Of a stretch of 64,000 nt of DNA, positions 9,448 to 19,071 are shown piece after piece; the stretch's first letter is position 1, and each line of letters begins with the position of its first letter. Where the stretch lies: positions 254,847 through 318,846 of the forward strand of contig CAYNAU010000003.1 of assembly GCA_964395715.1 (NCBI GenBank). The letters run 5' to 3'. The DNA comes from an uncultured Porticoccus sp. Its GTDB lineage: Bacteria > Pseudomonadota > Gammaproteobacteria > Pseudomonadales > Porticoccaceae. Below the pieces are notes generated by a model. It made no database searches and was not told where the DNA came from. It worked only from the letters and a program-made list of their open reading frames with translations. A program made the translations under genes and the position numbers.

Positions 9448-12400
9448 ATGCAGGTGCTTTCGCAGAGTGATTTTTTCACTCGGTTAGAGGAACTGTTTGA
9501 TAAACATTATTCTTCGGCATTGGCAAAAAAGCTGCTGCCCTTTGCCCACAGATTGTTTGATCTGTTTCCCATCGAGGAGCTGGCCGAGGAACGCATTGAG
9601 GACATTGAGGGATTTGTTCACAGCCTCTATCTGTTCACCAACAAGCGGGATACCCTGCGGCCAAAAGTGCGGGTGTTCAACCCGTCCCTTGAAGAGGACG
9701 GTTGGGTTAATGACGCAACGGCCATTTTTATTTTGCAGCGGGACATGCCATTTCTGGTGGATTCGGTACGTATTCTGCTCAACCGGGTCGGCATTGATGT
9801 ACAGGTCATCAAAAGCACCCTGCTGAACGTGGTGCGGGACGAGGATGGCAAACTGCTCGATTTGCTGGCCGATGCGGATGACCCCAACAGCCGCCCCGAG
9901 GCATTGATATTTATTGATGTCGATCTGCATACGTCCACGGAAACCCTGCAAACTCTGGAACATGACATTGCCGATGTGCTGCTGGATGTGGAAGTGGTTA
10001 CGGATGATTTCCTGCCCATGACAGAGCGCATTAACAAGGTTATCTCTGAAATTCGTACCAACCCGGCCGGCCTTCCGGACGAAGATGTCCTGGAATTGGC
10101 CAGCTTCCTGGAATGGCTGCGCGACGGCGCCTTTATTTTTCATGGTATGGCTGAATTCAAGCTGCTCAAGGGCCGTAACAAACCGTCACTGAAGGCCGAG
10201 GAGGGACAGCAGCTGGGTATCTTCAGGCGACACCACCTGGGGGATGAAAAGAGGCCGCTGTCTTCAATGAGCGGTGGTATTCAGGCTTTTTATTCAGGTG
10301 ATGCGCCGCTGGCGTTTACCAAGTCTTCCTGTCGCTCAAAAGTACACCGACAGGCCTATGCAGACTTTATCGTGCTGAAACATTTCGACCGCCAGGGCAA
10401 TGTGGTGGGCGAGTACCTGTTTATGGGGCTTTATACCTCGGCGGTTTACCATGCCAGCCCTTTCCAGATTCCTCTGATCCGCCAGCGGGTGCAGCAGGTT
10501 TTGGATCGCACCGGTTTCCTGCCGGGCAGCCACGATTTCAAGGCGATGCGGCAATTGATCGAAGTACATCCGCGAGATGAGTTGTTCCACTCTTCTGCAG
10601 ATGAACTGTACGCCACGCTGGTGGGAATTTGGCAGATCAATGAGCGGCGTATCGTCAAACTCTTTGTGCGCGTCGACCCATTCGAAAAGTTTGTGAACTG
10701 CCTCGTCTACATGCCAAGAGACATTTACCGGACGTCTATCCGCACCCATATCGAAACGGTGCTCAAGGAGGAGTTCGGTGCCAGCGAGTGTGAATTCAAC
10801 ACCAGTTTTTCGGAGTCCACACTGGCGCGCACACAGTTTGTCCTCAAGATTGAATCGAACCGCTATCGCGAGGTCAACCAGCGCGATCTGGAGCGCCATA
10901 TTGTTTCCCTCACGCAGGATTGGGGCGATGAGCTGGAGGAGGCTGCGCTGGAGCAATGGGGCGAGGAGTTGGGCCGAAATATGGCCAGTATCTATCGCGA
11001 TGCATTCCCCGCCAGTTACCGGGACCATTTTGATCACCGCTCTGCCATTCACGATATTGACCTGTTTCACGGTCTGGAGAGGGAAGGGCAGATTGCCACC
11101 AGCTTTTATCAGCCGGTGGGCGCGGAACGAAATGTCATGCGCTTCAAGTTGTTTCACCGCCCTCAGCAACTGGAGCTGTCGGAACTGGTGCCAATGCTTG
11201 AAAACCTGGGGTTTCGTGTGCTCGGCGAACACCCGTACGAGATTACCCCTCACCAGGGTAGCGAAATCTGGATGCACGATTTCACGCTGCGCTTTGCCCT
11301 GGACGTTGATGTGGACGTGTCGCTGGTGCGCAACGCGTTCCAGGACGCCTTTACTGCGGTGTGGTCGGGGCAGACGGAAAATGACCGCTATAACCACCTG
11401 GTGGTCGGGGCGCGGCTCGACTGGCGCACGGTGGCGTTATTGCGACTCTACGGTCGCTACATGAAACAGCTTGGCAGTAATTTCAGCCAGGACTTTATTG
11501 CCGATACCCTGGCGACCAACCTGGAATTGACCCGTAACCTGGTAGCGCTGTTCCGCTGCCTGTTCGACCCGAAATTACTGGAGTCCCACGGTGACGAGTA
11601 TGGGCGGGCAGAGCGCCTGAATGAAAAAATCACCGATATGCTCGATCAGGTCAGCAATCTCAATGCCGACCGGGTGCTGCGCAGTTATCAGCAGCTGATC
11701 AATGCCACCAAGCGCACCAATTTTTTCCAGCTGGATGCCGAAGGTGCCATCAAACCGTACATCTCGGTAAAACTCGCCCCCCGGGAAATCAGCGATGCCC
11801 CGGAACCGCGGCCTATGTTTGAAATATTTGTCTATAGCCCGCGCATGGAAGGTGTCCACCTGCGGGCTGGCAAAGTCGCCCGGGGAGGACTGCGCTGGTC
11901 GGACCGGCTTGAGGATTACCGCACGGAGGTGCTGGGTCTGGTCAAAGCCCAGCAAGTGAAAAATGCTGTGATTGTGCCCACCGGCGCCAAGGGTGGTTTT
12001 GTCGCCAAACAGATGCCGCGCAACCCCAGCCGCGAAGCTTTTCTTGAGGAGGGCATTGCCTGTTATCGACTGTTCATACGCGGTCTGCTGGACCTGACGG
12101 ACAATATTGTCGGTGGTGAAGTTATCCCACCGCCCTGCGTGGTACGCCGGGATTATGACGACCCCTATCTGGTGGTGGCGGCTGACAAGGGGACCGCGAC
12201 CTTCTCCGATTATGCCAACGACCTGTCCCTGGAATATGGGCACTGGCTGGGGGATGCCTTTGCCTCGGGAGGGTCCTTCGGCTATGACCACAAGAAAATG
12301 GGCATTACCGCCCGCGGAGCCTGGGTCTCAGTGCAGAGACATTTTCAGGAGTTGGGCCTCAATACCCAGAAAGAACATTTCACCGTTGTAGGTATCGGCG

Positions 12401-14319
12401 ATATGGCCGGTGATGTCTTTGGCAATGGCATGCTGCGTTCCGAGCAGATCTGTCTGGTGGCCGCATTCAACCACCAGCATATTTTTCTCGATCCCAACCC
12501 GGATGCCGCCCTCAGCTTTGGCGAGCGACAGCGGTTATTCAATCTGCCCAGATCCAGTTGGGAAGATTACAACCCGGAGCTGATTTCAAAGGGTGGTGGC
12601 GTTTTTTCACGGATGGCGAAATCGGTTCCGCTTTCCGAAGAGGTCAGGGCGCGCTTTAGCCTGGATGTAGCTGCATTAAAACCCAATGAGCTGATTCATG
12701 AGCTGCTCAAGTCCGAGGTGGACCTGATCTGGAACGGCGGAATTGGCACCTACGTGAAAGCATCCTCAGAGAGTCACCAGGAGGCGGGGGACCGGACCAA
12801 TGATCCGGTGCGCGTCAACGGGCGGGAATTGCGCTGTCGCGTATTTGCCGAAGGTGGCAATCTCGGTATGACCCAGCGGGGGCGCATTGAATATGCGCTT
12901 AACGGCGGTGCCTGCAACACCGACTTTATTGATAATGCGGGGGGTGTGGACTGTTCTGACCACGAGGTGAATATCAAAATTCTTCTTAACGAGCTGGTTC
13001 AGTCCCAGGACCTCACCACCAAGCAGCGCAATCAGTTGCTGGTAGATATGACGGACCAGGTGGCGGATCTGGTACTTAACAACAATTACCGGCAGACCCA
13101 GGCCATCAGCCTGGCGCATTACCGTTGCATGACCAATTTTTCCGAGTACTGGCGCACGCTTACTGACTGGGAGGCGGCGGGAAAAATTGATCGTGCACTG
13201 GAGTTTCTACCAGATGACGAGACCCTGAAGGATCGGATGAAGCGCTCGGCCGGGCTGACCCACCCGGAACTGTCCGTGCTGGTGTCCTACGCCAAAATCC
13301 TTATCAAGGAAGAAGTGCTGGCATCTGATGCCGCAGAAGATGCCTATGTGGCCAGAGCCATTGAGGGTGCGTTTCCAAAACGCTTGCTGAAGGATTATCC
13401 CGAACAGGTGACGCACCACAGCCTAAGGCGTGAAATCATTACCAACCAGATCGTCAATGAAATCGTCAACCTGATGGGGGTCAACTATGTTCAGCGTCAG
13501 ATAGCCTCCACCGGGGCCACCGTTGATGATGTGGTGAGAGCCTATGCGGTGGTGCGGGATATCCTGCATCTGCAGCATTTCTGGCACCGGGTAGAACAGC
13601 TGGATTACCAGGTGCCGGCAGAGGTGCAATTCGAACTGTTTTATGCCCTGATGCGTCTGGGCCGGCGGGCGTCCCGCTGGGTGTTGCGTAACCGCCGTTC
13701 CTGCCTGAACCCGCGCAGAGAAGTAAAAACCCTGGGTCCGAAACTCGCCGAGCTTCAGTTGCTACTTCCGACGCTGTTTGCCCGTGGTGAAGAGGGAAAT
13801 GGCTGGCAAACAGAAGTTACCCGCCTGGTGGAACTGGGGGTACAGGAAGAAGTGGCCATGCTGGTATCCAGCTCCAACTTCCTGTTCTTCGGGTTTGGCA
13901 TTGTTGACCTGGCTGCCAGTAGCGACAAACCGGTGGGGCTGGTTCTGGAACTGTATTACAAACTCAGCGTGGAGCTGGACCTGGAATGGTTTGCCGACCA
14001 GATTGTGCACCTGGAGCCTGCCAGCCGCTGGGAAGATTTTGCTCGGGAATCATTTGTAGACGACCTGGAAAATCAACGGCGTTCTCTGGCGGGTACGTTG
14101 CTGAAAGATATTGCTGCCATGGAAGATATCGACAATGTGATACATATCTGGAAAGCGGCCCAATCGCCCCTGATCAAACGCTGGCAGGATATGATGAAAG
14201 AGCTCCACACTGCTCCTGTGTACGACTTTGCGATGTTCTCGGTGGCACTACGCGAACTACTGGATCTGGTGCAATCCACAGAAAACCGGCAGGATTCACC
14301 GCCGCTCTGTGCGGTCTAG
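9448..14319 (+). CDS. gdhB: NAD-specific glutamate dehydrogenase (large, ~180 kDa type)
   Basis: GVHLRAGKVARGGLRWSDR, VIVPTGAKGGF, DDPYLVVAADKGTATFSD, DHKKMGITARGAW motifs. SD GGAGGT precedes ATG 9448. Confidence 0.95.
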   Translation: MQVLSQSDFFTRLEELFDKHYSSALAKKLLPFAHRLFDLFPIEELAEERIEDIEGFVHSLYLFTNKRDTLRPKVRVFNPSLEEDGWVNDATAIFILQRDMPFLVDSVRILLNRVGIDVQVIKSTLLNVVRDEDGKLLDLLADADDPNSRPEALIFIDVDLHTSTETLQTLEHDIADVLLDVEVVTDDFLPMTERINKVISEIRTNPAGLPDEDVLELASFLEWLRDGAFIFHGMAEFKLLKGRNKPSLKAEEGQQLGIFRRHHLGDEKRPLSSMSGGIQAFYSGDAPLAFTKSSCRSKVHRQAYADFIVLKHFDRQGNVVGEYLFMGLYTSAVYHASPFQIPLIRQRVQQVLDRTGFLPGSHDFKAMRQLIEVHPRDELFHSSADELYATLVGIWQINERRIVKLFVRVDPFEKFVNCLVYMPRDIYRTSIRTHIETVLKEEFGASECEFNTSFSESTLARTQFVLKIESNRYREVNQRDLERHIVSLTQDWGDELEEAALEQWGEELGRNMASIYRDAFPASYRDHFDHRSAIHDIDLFHGLEREGQIATSFYQPVGAERNVMRFKLFHRPQQLELSELVPMLENLGFRVLGEHPYEITPHQGSEIWMHDFTLRFALDVDVDVSLVRNAFQDAFTAVWSGQTENDRYNHLVVGARLDWRTVALLRLYGRYMKQLGSNFSQDFIADTLATNLELTRNLVALFRCLFDPKLLESHGDEYGRAERLNEKITDMLDQVSNLNADRVLRSYQQLINATKRTNFFQLDAEGAIKPYISVKLAPREISDAPEPRPMFEIFVYSPRMEGVHLRAGKVARGGLRWSDRLEDYRTEVLGLVKAQQVKNAVIVPTGAKGGFVAKQMPRNPSREAFLEEGIACYRLFIRGLLDLTDNIVGGEVIPPPCVVRRDYDDPYLVVAADKGTATFSDYANDLSLEYGHWLGDAFASGGSFGYDHKKMGITARGAWVSVQRHFQELGLNTQKEHFTVVGIGDMAGDVFGNGMLRSEQICLVAAFNHQHIFLDPNPDAALSFGERQRLFNLPRSSWEDYNPELISKGGGVFSRMAKSVPLSEEVRARFSLDVAALKPNELIHELLKSEVDLIWNGGIGTYVKASSESHQEAGDRTNDPVRVNGRELRCRVFAEGGNLGMTQRGRIEYALNGGACNTDFIDNAGGVDCSDHEVNIKILLNELVQSQDLTTKQRNQLLVDMTDQVADLVLNNNYRQTQAISLAHYRCMTNFSEYWRTLTDWEAAGKIDRALEFLPDDETLKDRMKRSAGLTHPELSVLVSYAKILIKEEVLASDAAEDAYVARAIEGAFPKRLLKDYPEQVTHHSLRREIITNQIVNEIVNLMGVNYVQRQIASTGATVDDVVRAYAVVRDILHLQHFWHRVEQLDYQVPAEVQFELFYALMRLGRRASRWVLRNRRSCLNPRREVKTLGPKLAELQLLLPTLFARGEEGNGWQTEVTRLVELGVQEEVAMLVSSSNFLFFGFGIVDLAASSDKPVGLVLELYYKLSVELDLEWFADQIVHLEPASRWEDFARESFVDDLENQRRSLAGTLLKDIAAMEDIDNVIHIWKAAQSPLIKRWQDMMKELHTAPVYDFAMFSVALRELLDLVQSTENRQDSPPLCAV

Positions 14320-14355
14320 GTACTTGGTACTGTGGTGGGAGAAGAAAGGTTGGTG

Positions 14356-14409
14356 GAAGCGGAGGGAGGCTTATGCCTCCGCCTCCGCTTCAAAGCCCTT
14401 CGGGCTTTT
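14356..14409. terminator. Tandem hairpins between convergent gdhB and rmf; probable (bidirectional) terminator
   Basis: 15-bp stem with a 2-nt bulge at 14356-14391, then AAAGCCC-ttc-GGGCTTT at 14392-14408. Confidence 0.6.
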
Positions 14410-14455
14410 GTGGGGCTTTTAACCCCATGGGAGAAATGGTTAGTTAATTTTTCTT

Positions 14456-14662
14456 TTACAGACTAATGACTTTTTGTTGGCAGGCTTGTGCGTTGTAGCC
14501 ACTCCAGTTATCTTCGCGTCCTTCGCGCCAGCCGTTAAACCAGTCCTGGGCGAGGGGAGTTTCTTCTGTATGGGGACATGTAGATTTGTTTTTGCCGCTG
14601 ATGCCAGCTTGGTAACCTTTGATAAATGCACGGTGGGATGAATCGCGTTTTTGTCTTCTCAT
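14456..14662 (-). CDS. rmf: Ribosome modulation factor
   Basis: MRRQKRD..RAFIKGYQAG...CP....W..GWREGR. SD GAGGAG 10 nt upstream of ATG 14662. Confidence 0.92.
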   Translation of the reverse strand: MRRQKRDSSHRAFIKGYQAGISGKNKSTCPHTEETPLAQDWFNGWREGREDNWSGYNAQACQQKVISL

Positions 14663-14896
14663 AGGACATGAACTCCTCATTCCTGAGCCACTTTTGCCGA
14701 CTTCTTGACTGGCTGTGGCCTGTTAGTTTTTTTTCGTACAGCCGGTCTATCTCATCAAAACTGAGCGCAGCTGTCGAAGATTTTATTAGTCTATAAGCAA
14801 TGGGTTTTAATTACGGCACGTAATCAGCCGGTTGTATCTGGAAGGCGAGACCCTCTGAAAATGGGCCCTTCAGCAATATCAGGATTAAAGTAGATA

Positions 14897-17083
14897 ATGA
14901 TGATTATGTGGTTTGCGAGCTGTCCCAAAGGCCTTGAAGCGTTGTTAGCCAGTGAATTGGCTGAACTTGGCGCCGTGAAAACCCGTGAAACGGTGGCCGG
15001 TGTCTATGCGGAAGGGGATATGGCCTTCGCCTACCGCGCCTGTCTCTGGTCGAGGTTGGCGAATCGCATCCTGATGCCCCTCGATAAAATCCCCGTCGAC
15101 AGTGCCGATGATCTTTACCGCGGTGTGGCTGCTATTCCCTGGGAGGAGCATCTAACTCCCAATGAAGCGATTGCCGTTGATTTTGTCGGTACCAACGATG
15201 CGATTCGCCACACCAAGTTTGGTGCCCAGCAGGTAAAGGACGCGATCGTGGATCGGTTGCAGAGCCATTACTCGGCGCGGCCCAATGTGGATTTGAAGCA
15301 CCCTGACCTAAGAATCAACGTACGTCTGGCCAAAGGACAGGCCAATGTCAGTCTGGATTTTTCCGGTGAGAGCCTGCACAAGCGCGGCTATCGTGTCGCT
15401 ATGGTCCCCGCGCCTCTGAAGGAAAACCTGGCTGCTGCGCTGCTACTGCGGGCGGGCTGGCCTGAGATTGCGGCCAATGGCGGTGCGCTGCTGGACCCGT
15501 TATGCGGCAGCGGAACACTGCTGATTGAGGGGGCGATGATGGTGGCCGATATCGCGCCGGGTCTGAATCGGGAGCAATTCGGTTTTCACGGCTGGAAACA
15601 GTATGACGCGGGTCTTTGGCAGGAGTTGCGTCAGGAGGCGCTGGCACGCTGTGAACAAGGGCTGGCTAAAGAATTACCGGAAATTCGTGGTTACGATAAA
15701 GATACTCGCGCCGTAAGTGCCGCACAGGAAAACATTGCCTGCGCCGGCCTGGAGAAATGGGTGCGGGTAATGGCCAAGCCCATTCAGGCCTTCAAGAAAC
15801 CCACCCACCGGGAAATTGATAACGGCCTGATTATCTGTAATCCGCCCTACGGAGAGCGCTGGGGTGATATGGAAGAGCTGCGTCCCCTTTACCAGACACT
15901 GGGTGAGGTGGCCAAGCGGGAGTGCCCCGGCTGGCGGCTGGCGGTGATTACCGGCAATGCGGATCTTGCCGGTGAGTTGCGTCTGCGGGCAGAAAAAAAA
16001 TATCAATTTTTTAATGGCACCATCCCCAGTCAGTTGCTTCTGTTTCAGCTGCGTGCCGGGACAGAGGAACAGCCGTCGCAAGCATCGCCCTATCAGAAAA
16101 GCCTCAGTGAAGGGGCGCAGATGTTTGCGAACCGGCTGAAAAAGAATGCCCGCAAGCTGGCCCCGTGGTTGGAAAAATCCGGTGTCAGCTGTTATCGCCT
16201 CTACGACGCGGACATGCCGGAGTACGCTGTAGCGGTGGATATCTATGATGAGGCCATTCACGTTCAGGAATACGCGCCCCCCTCAAAGATCGACGAAGAG
16301 CAGGCCAATCGCCATCTCAGTGAAGTTCGCCAGGCGCTCTTGAGCCTGTATCCCGGAAGTCGAGGTAAACTGTTTTTCAAGGAACGACGTCGACAGAAGG
16401 GCGACAGCCAGTACCAGCCTGCGAAGTCCCACCGGCAGCGTAACCAGCGGGATGGCGGCGTATATGTTGTCACGGAAGGGCCTTGTCGCTTTGAAGTCAA
16501 CCTTAGTGATTATCTTGACTCGGGGTTGTTTCTCGACCACCGCCCGGTTCGCCGCCTGTTGGGCGACATGGCCGCGGGAAAACGTTTCCTGAACCTGTTT
16601 TGCTATACCGCGGCGGCCACTGTGCACGCGGCTCTTGGAGGGGCAAGCAGCAGCCTCAGCGTGGATATGTCTAACAGTTACCTGGAATGGGCGAGCCGAA
16701 ACTTTGTGCTCAACAAGCTTGATCAGGAGCGTCATCAACTGATGCGTGCGGACTGCCTGGACTGGTTGGCCAAAGGGCAGGGAGAGTTCGACCTGATCTT
16801 TCTCGACCCGCCGACATTCTCCAATTCAAAGAAAATGGAGGGCGTGCTGGATATTCAACAGGATCACCCGCGCCTGATCGCTCAGGCGATGGCTATTCTC
16901 GCCCGTGGTGGCGCACTGGTATTTTCCAACAACTACCGAAAATTTGAATTGAGTGACAGTGTGATAGCGGATTACCTGGTGGAAAATATCACAGCGCAGA
17001 CCTTTGACCCCGACTTCCAGCGCAATCAGAAAATTCACAATTGCTGGTTAATCCGTCACCGGGAAAGGGGACATGATGGATAA
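14897..17083 (+). CDS. rlmKL: Bifunctional 23S rRNA m2G2445/m7G2069 methyltransferase
   Basis: THUMP region, LHKRGYR..APLKENLAAA, DPLCGSGT, NPPYGER, DYLDSGLFLDHR, DPPTFSNSK. Confidence 0.95.
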   Translation: MMIMWFASCPKGLEALLASELAELGAVKTRETVAGVYAEGDMAFAYRACLWSRLANRILMPLDKIPVDSADDLYRGVAAIPWEEHLTPNEAIAVDFVGTNDAIRHTKFGAQQVKDAIVDRLQSHYSARPNVDLKHPDLRINVRLAKGQANVSLDFSGESLHKRGYRVAMVPAPLKENLAAALLLRAGWPEIAANGGALLDPLCGSGTLLIEGAMMVADIAPGLNREQFGFHGWKQYDAGLWQELRQEALARCEQGLAKELPEIRGYDKDTRAVSAAQENIACAGLEKWVRVMAKPIQAFKKPTHREIDNGLIICNPPYGERWGDMEELRPLYQTLGEVAKRECPGWRLAVITGNADLAGELRLRAEKKYQFFNGTIPSQLLLFQLRAGTEEQPSQASPYQKSLSEGAQMFANRLKKNARKLAPWLEKSGVSCYRLYDADMPEYAVAVDIYDEAIHVQEYAPPSKIDEEQANRHLSEVRQALLSLYPGSRGKLFFKERRRQKGDSQYQPAKSHRQRNQRDGGVYVVTEGPCRFEVNLSDYLDSGLFLDHRPVRRLLGDMAAGKRFLNLFCYTAAATVHAALGGASSSLSVDMSNSYLEWASRNFVLNKLDQERHQLMRADCLDWLAKGQGEFDLIFLDPPTFSNSKKMEGVLDIQQDHPRLIAQAMAILARGGALVFSNNYRKFELSDSVIADYLVENITAQTFDPDFQRNQKIHNCWLIRHRERGHDG

Positions 17084-17324
17084 GGTTCTGACCCTCTACA
17101 GTGGTCCCCACTGTCACCTCTGCGAACAGGCCAAAGCCCTGCTGTACCCCGTACTCCACGAGGAAGGCTGGCAGTTGCTTGAAGTCAATATTGCGACGGA
17201 CGAACAATTACAGTCGCTTTACGGGGTTCGCATTCCAGTAGTGGTCACTCCCGATGGCAGGGAAAAAGGTTGGCCATTCAGTGCCGGACAGGTGCGACGT
17301 ATACTGAGTAAGACCGACTATTAG
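17073..17324 (+). CDS. Glutaredoxin-like (DUF836) protein
   Basis: CHLC (CxxC) motif and YGVRIPV; overlaps the rlmKL stop. Confidence 0.85.
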   Translation: MMDKVLTLYSGPHCHLCEQAKALLYPVLHEEGWQLLEVNIATDEQLQSLYGVRIPVVVTPDGREKGWPFSAGQVRRILSKTDY

Positions 17325-17409
17325 TAATTCGGCATTCCGCTAACGGCGCTGATCTGGCAAGCTAGTTTGCATTGCTGGGTTTATTCAGTGTTGTCACTCA
17401 AGAGTTGCC

Positions 17410-19071
17410 ATGTCCAGTCAATCTCGGTTTAACCAATTGTCATTCCGCCATATCGGTACCGACTTCACCGGTGGCCTGACGGCGGCCATTGTGGCCCTGC
17501 CACTGGCGCTGGCATTCGGTATGGCGTCCGGGGCAGGCCCTGTGGCAGGGGTCTACGGCGCGGTGCTGGTGGGGTTTTTTGCTGCGTTGTTTGGCGGCAC
17601 CCCCTCCCAGGTGTCCGGACCCACCGGACCCATGACAGTAGTCATGGCGGGGGTTTTCACCTCCATGCAGGCGAAATATCCGGAAACGGGGCTCTATCTC
17701 GGGTTTACCGCAGTGATCATCGCCGGGTTGTTGCAGGTTGCCTTCGGGTTGTTGAAATTGGGCAAGTATTTCATTCTGGTGCCTTACCCGGTGATCTCCG
17801 GGTTTATGACGGGTATCGGGGTCATTATTATCATCCTGCAGTTGGGCCCCTTGTTGGGGCACGATGGAACGCCCTCGTTAATCGCAGCTCTGGTGAGCCT
17901 GCCGGGCTGGTTGCAATCCATCAACTGGCAGGAACTCGCATTGGGGGGGCTGGCGCTGGCTCTTATGTACTTGTGGCCAGTTCGCTGGAATGCCTGGATA
18001 CCCAGGCCGCTGGTTGCCCTGCTGGCAGGCAGCCTGATTGCCCTGATGTTGCCTCCGGAAGCGATTGCCATTATCGGGGATATTCCTACCGGGTTTCCTC
18101 CCCTGCACTGGCCTGTCGTCAATATGGACGTTCTGGGTGAGCTGATATACGCAGGTGCTCTGCTGGCGGTGTTGGGCACCATTGATTCGCTATTGACGTC
18201 CCTCGTTGCGGACAACATGACCAAACAGCACCACGATTCCGACCGGGAACTGATCGGTCAGGGTATTGGCAATACCCTTGCGGGGTTCTTCGGAGGACTG
18301 CCAGGTGCCGGGGCAACCATGCGTACGGTGGTGAATATCCGGGCCGGGGGTAAGACCGGGTTTTCCGGTGCCACCCACGCACTGGTGTTGCTGGTGGTGA
18401 TGCTTGGCGCCGGCAAGTACGCAGCTCACGTACCTCTGGCCGTGCTGGCGGGTATTCTGATCAAGGTGGGTATCGATATTATCGACTGGCCCTTCTTCTG
18501 CCGCCTCGGCAAGCTGCCCATGAATACGGTAGCGCTGATGCTTCTCGTACTTGGCTTGACGGTGTTTGTCGACCTGATAACCGCTGTATTGGTGGGGGTT
18601 TTCCTGTCAAACCTGATTACGGTGGAGCGGTTGACCAGTATTCAGTTGGACAGTGTGCTCCTCACTGACGGATCAAATGCGCGGGAAAACGGCAGGCCTC
18701 CAGAGGAACAATGGCTGGAGTCACAGCAGGGTGCTCTGTTGATGCTGCGACTCAAGGGTCCGCTGAGTTTCGGTGTGGGCCGGGGGCTCAGGCGACGCCT
18801 GTCCAGTCAGATGTCACATCAGAGCACGATCTTTGACCTGACAGGCGCGCATCTGGTCGGCACCTCGACCGCCATGATTCTTGATGAGTTGATTCAAACA
18901 GAGATGGCCAATGGGCGCGATGTGTTGGTGGTGGGGTTATCCGAAAAAACGGAACAGAGCCTGGCAAGGCTCGGCACCCTGGATACTCTGGGCAGTGATA
19001 GAATCTTTACGTCATTTGAAGAAATGATGGGCTACGTGGACGCACACCCCGACCTGACCACTAGAAATTAA
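17410..19071 (+). CDS. SulP/SLC26 inorganic anion transporter with STAS domain (BicA-like, bicarbonate/sulfate)
   Basis: GLTAAIVALPLALAFG, SGPTGPMTVV, ELIGQGIGN, GAGATMRTVVNI; C-terminal STAS (LRLKGPLSFG). Confidence 0.9.
   Translation: MSSQSRFNQLSFRHIGTDFTGGLTAAIVALPLALAFGMASGAGPVAGVYGAVLVGFFAALFGGTPSQVSGPTGPMTVVMAGVFTSMQAKYPETGLYLGFTAVIIAGLLQVAFGLLKLGKYFILVPYPVISGFMTGIGVIIIILQLGPLLGHDGTPSLIAALVSLPGWLQSINWQELALGGLALALMYLWPVRWNAWIPRPLVALLAGSLIALMLPPEAIAIIGDIPTGFPPLHWPVVNMDVLGELIYAGALLAVLGTIDSLLTSLVADNMTKQHHDSDRELIGQGIGNTLAGFFGGLPGAGATMRTVVNIRAGGKTGFSGATHALVLLVVMLGAGKYAAHVPLAVLAGILIKVGIDIIDWPFFCRLGKLPMNTVALMLLVLGLTVFVDLITAVLVGVFLSNLITVERLTSIQLDSVLLTDGSNARENGRPPEEQWLESQQGALLMLRLKGPLSFGVGRGLRRRLSSQMSHQSTIFDLTGAHLVGTSTAMILDELIQTEMANGRDVLVVGLSEKTEQSLARLGTLDTLGSDRIFTSFEEMMGYVDAHPDLTTRN

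Noticed and set aside
10336-11397. 353-aa antisense ORF in gdhB (also 9484-10143 and 11575-12291)
   Set aside because: Entirely antisense to a conserved gene, with no recognisable motifs. Long shadow ORFs are expected from GC-rich codon bias.
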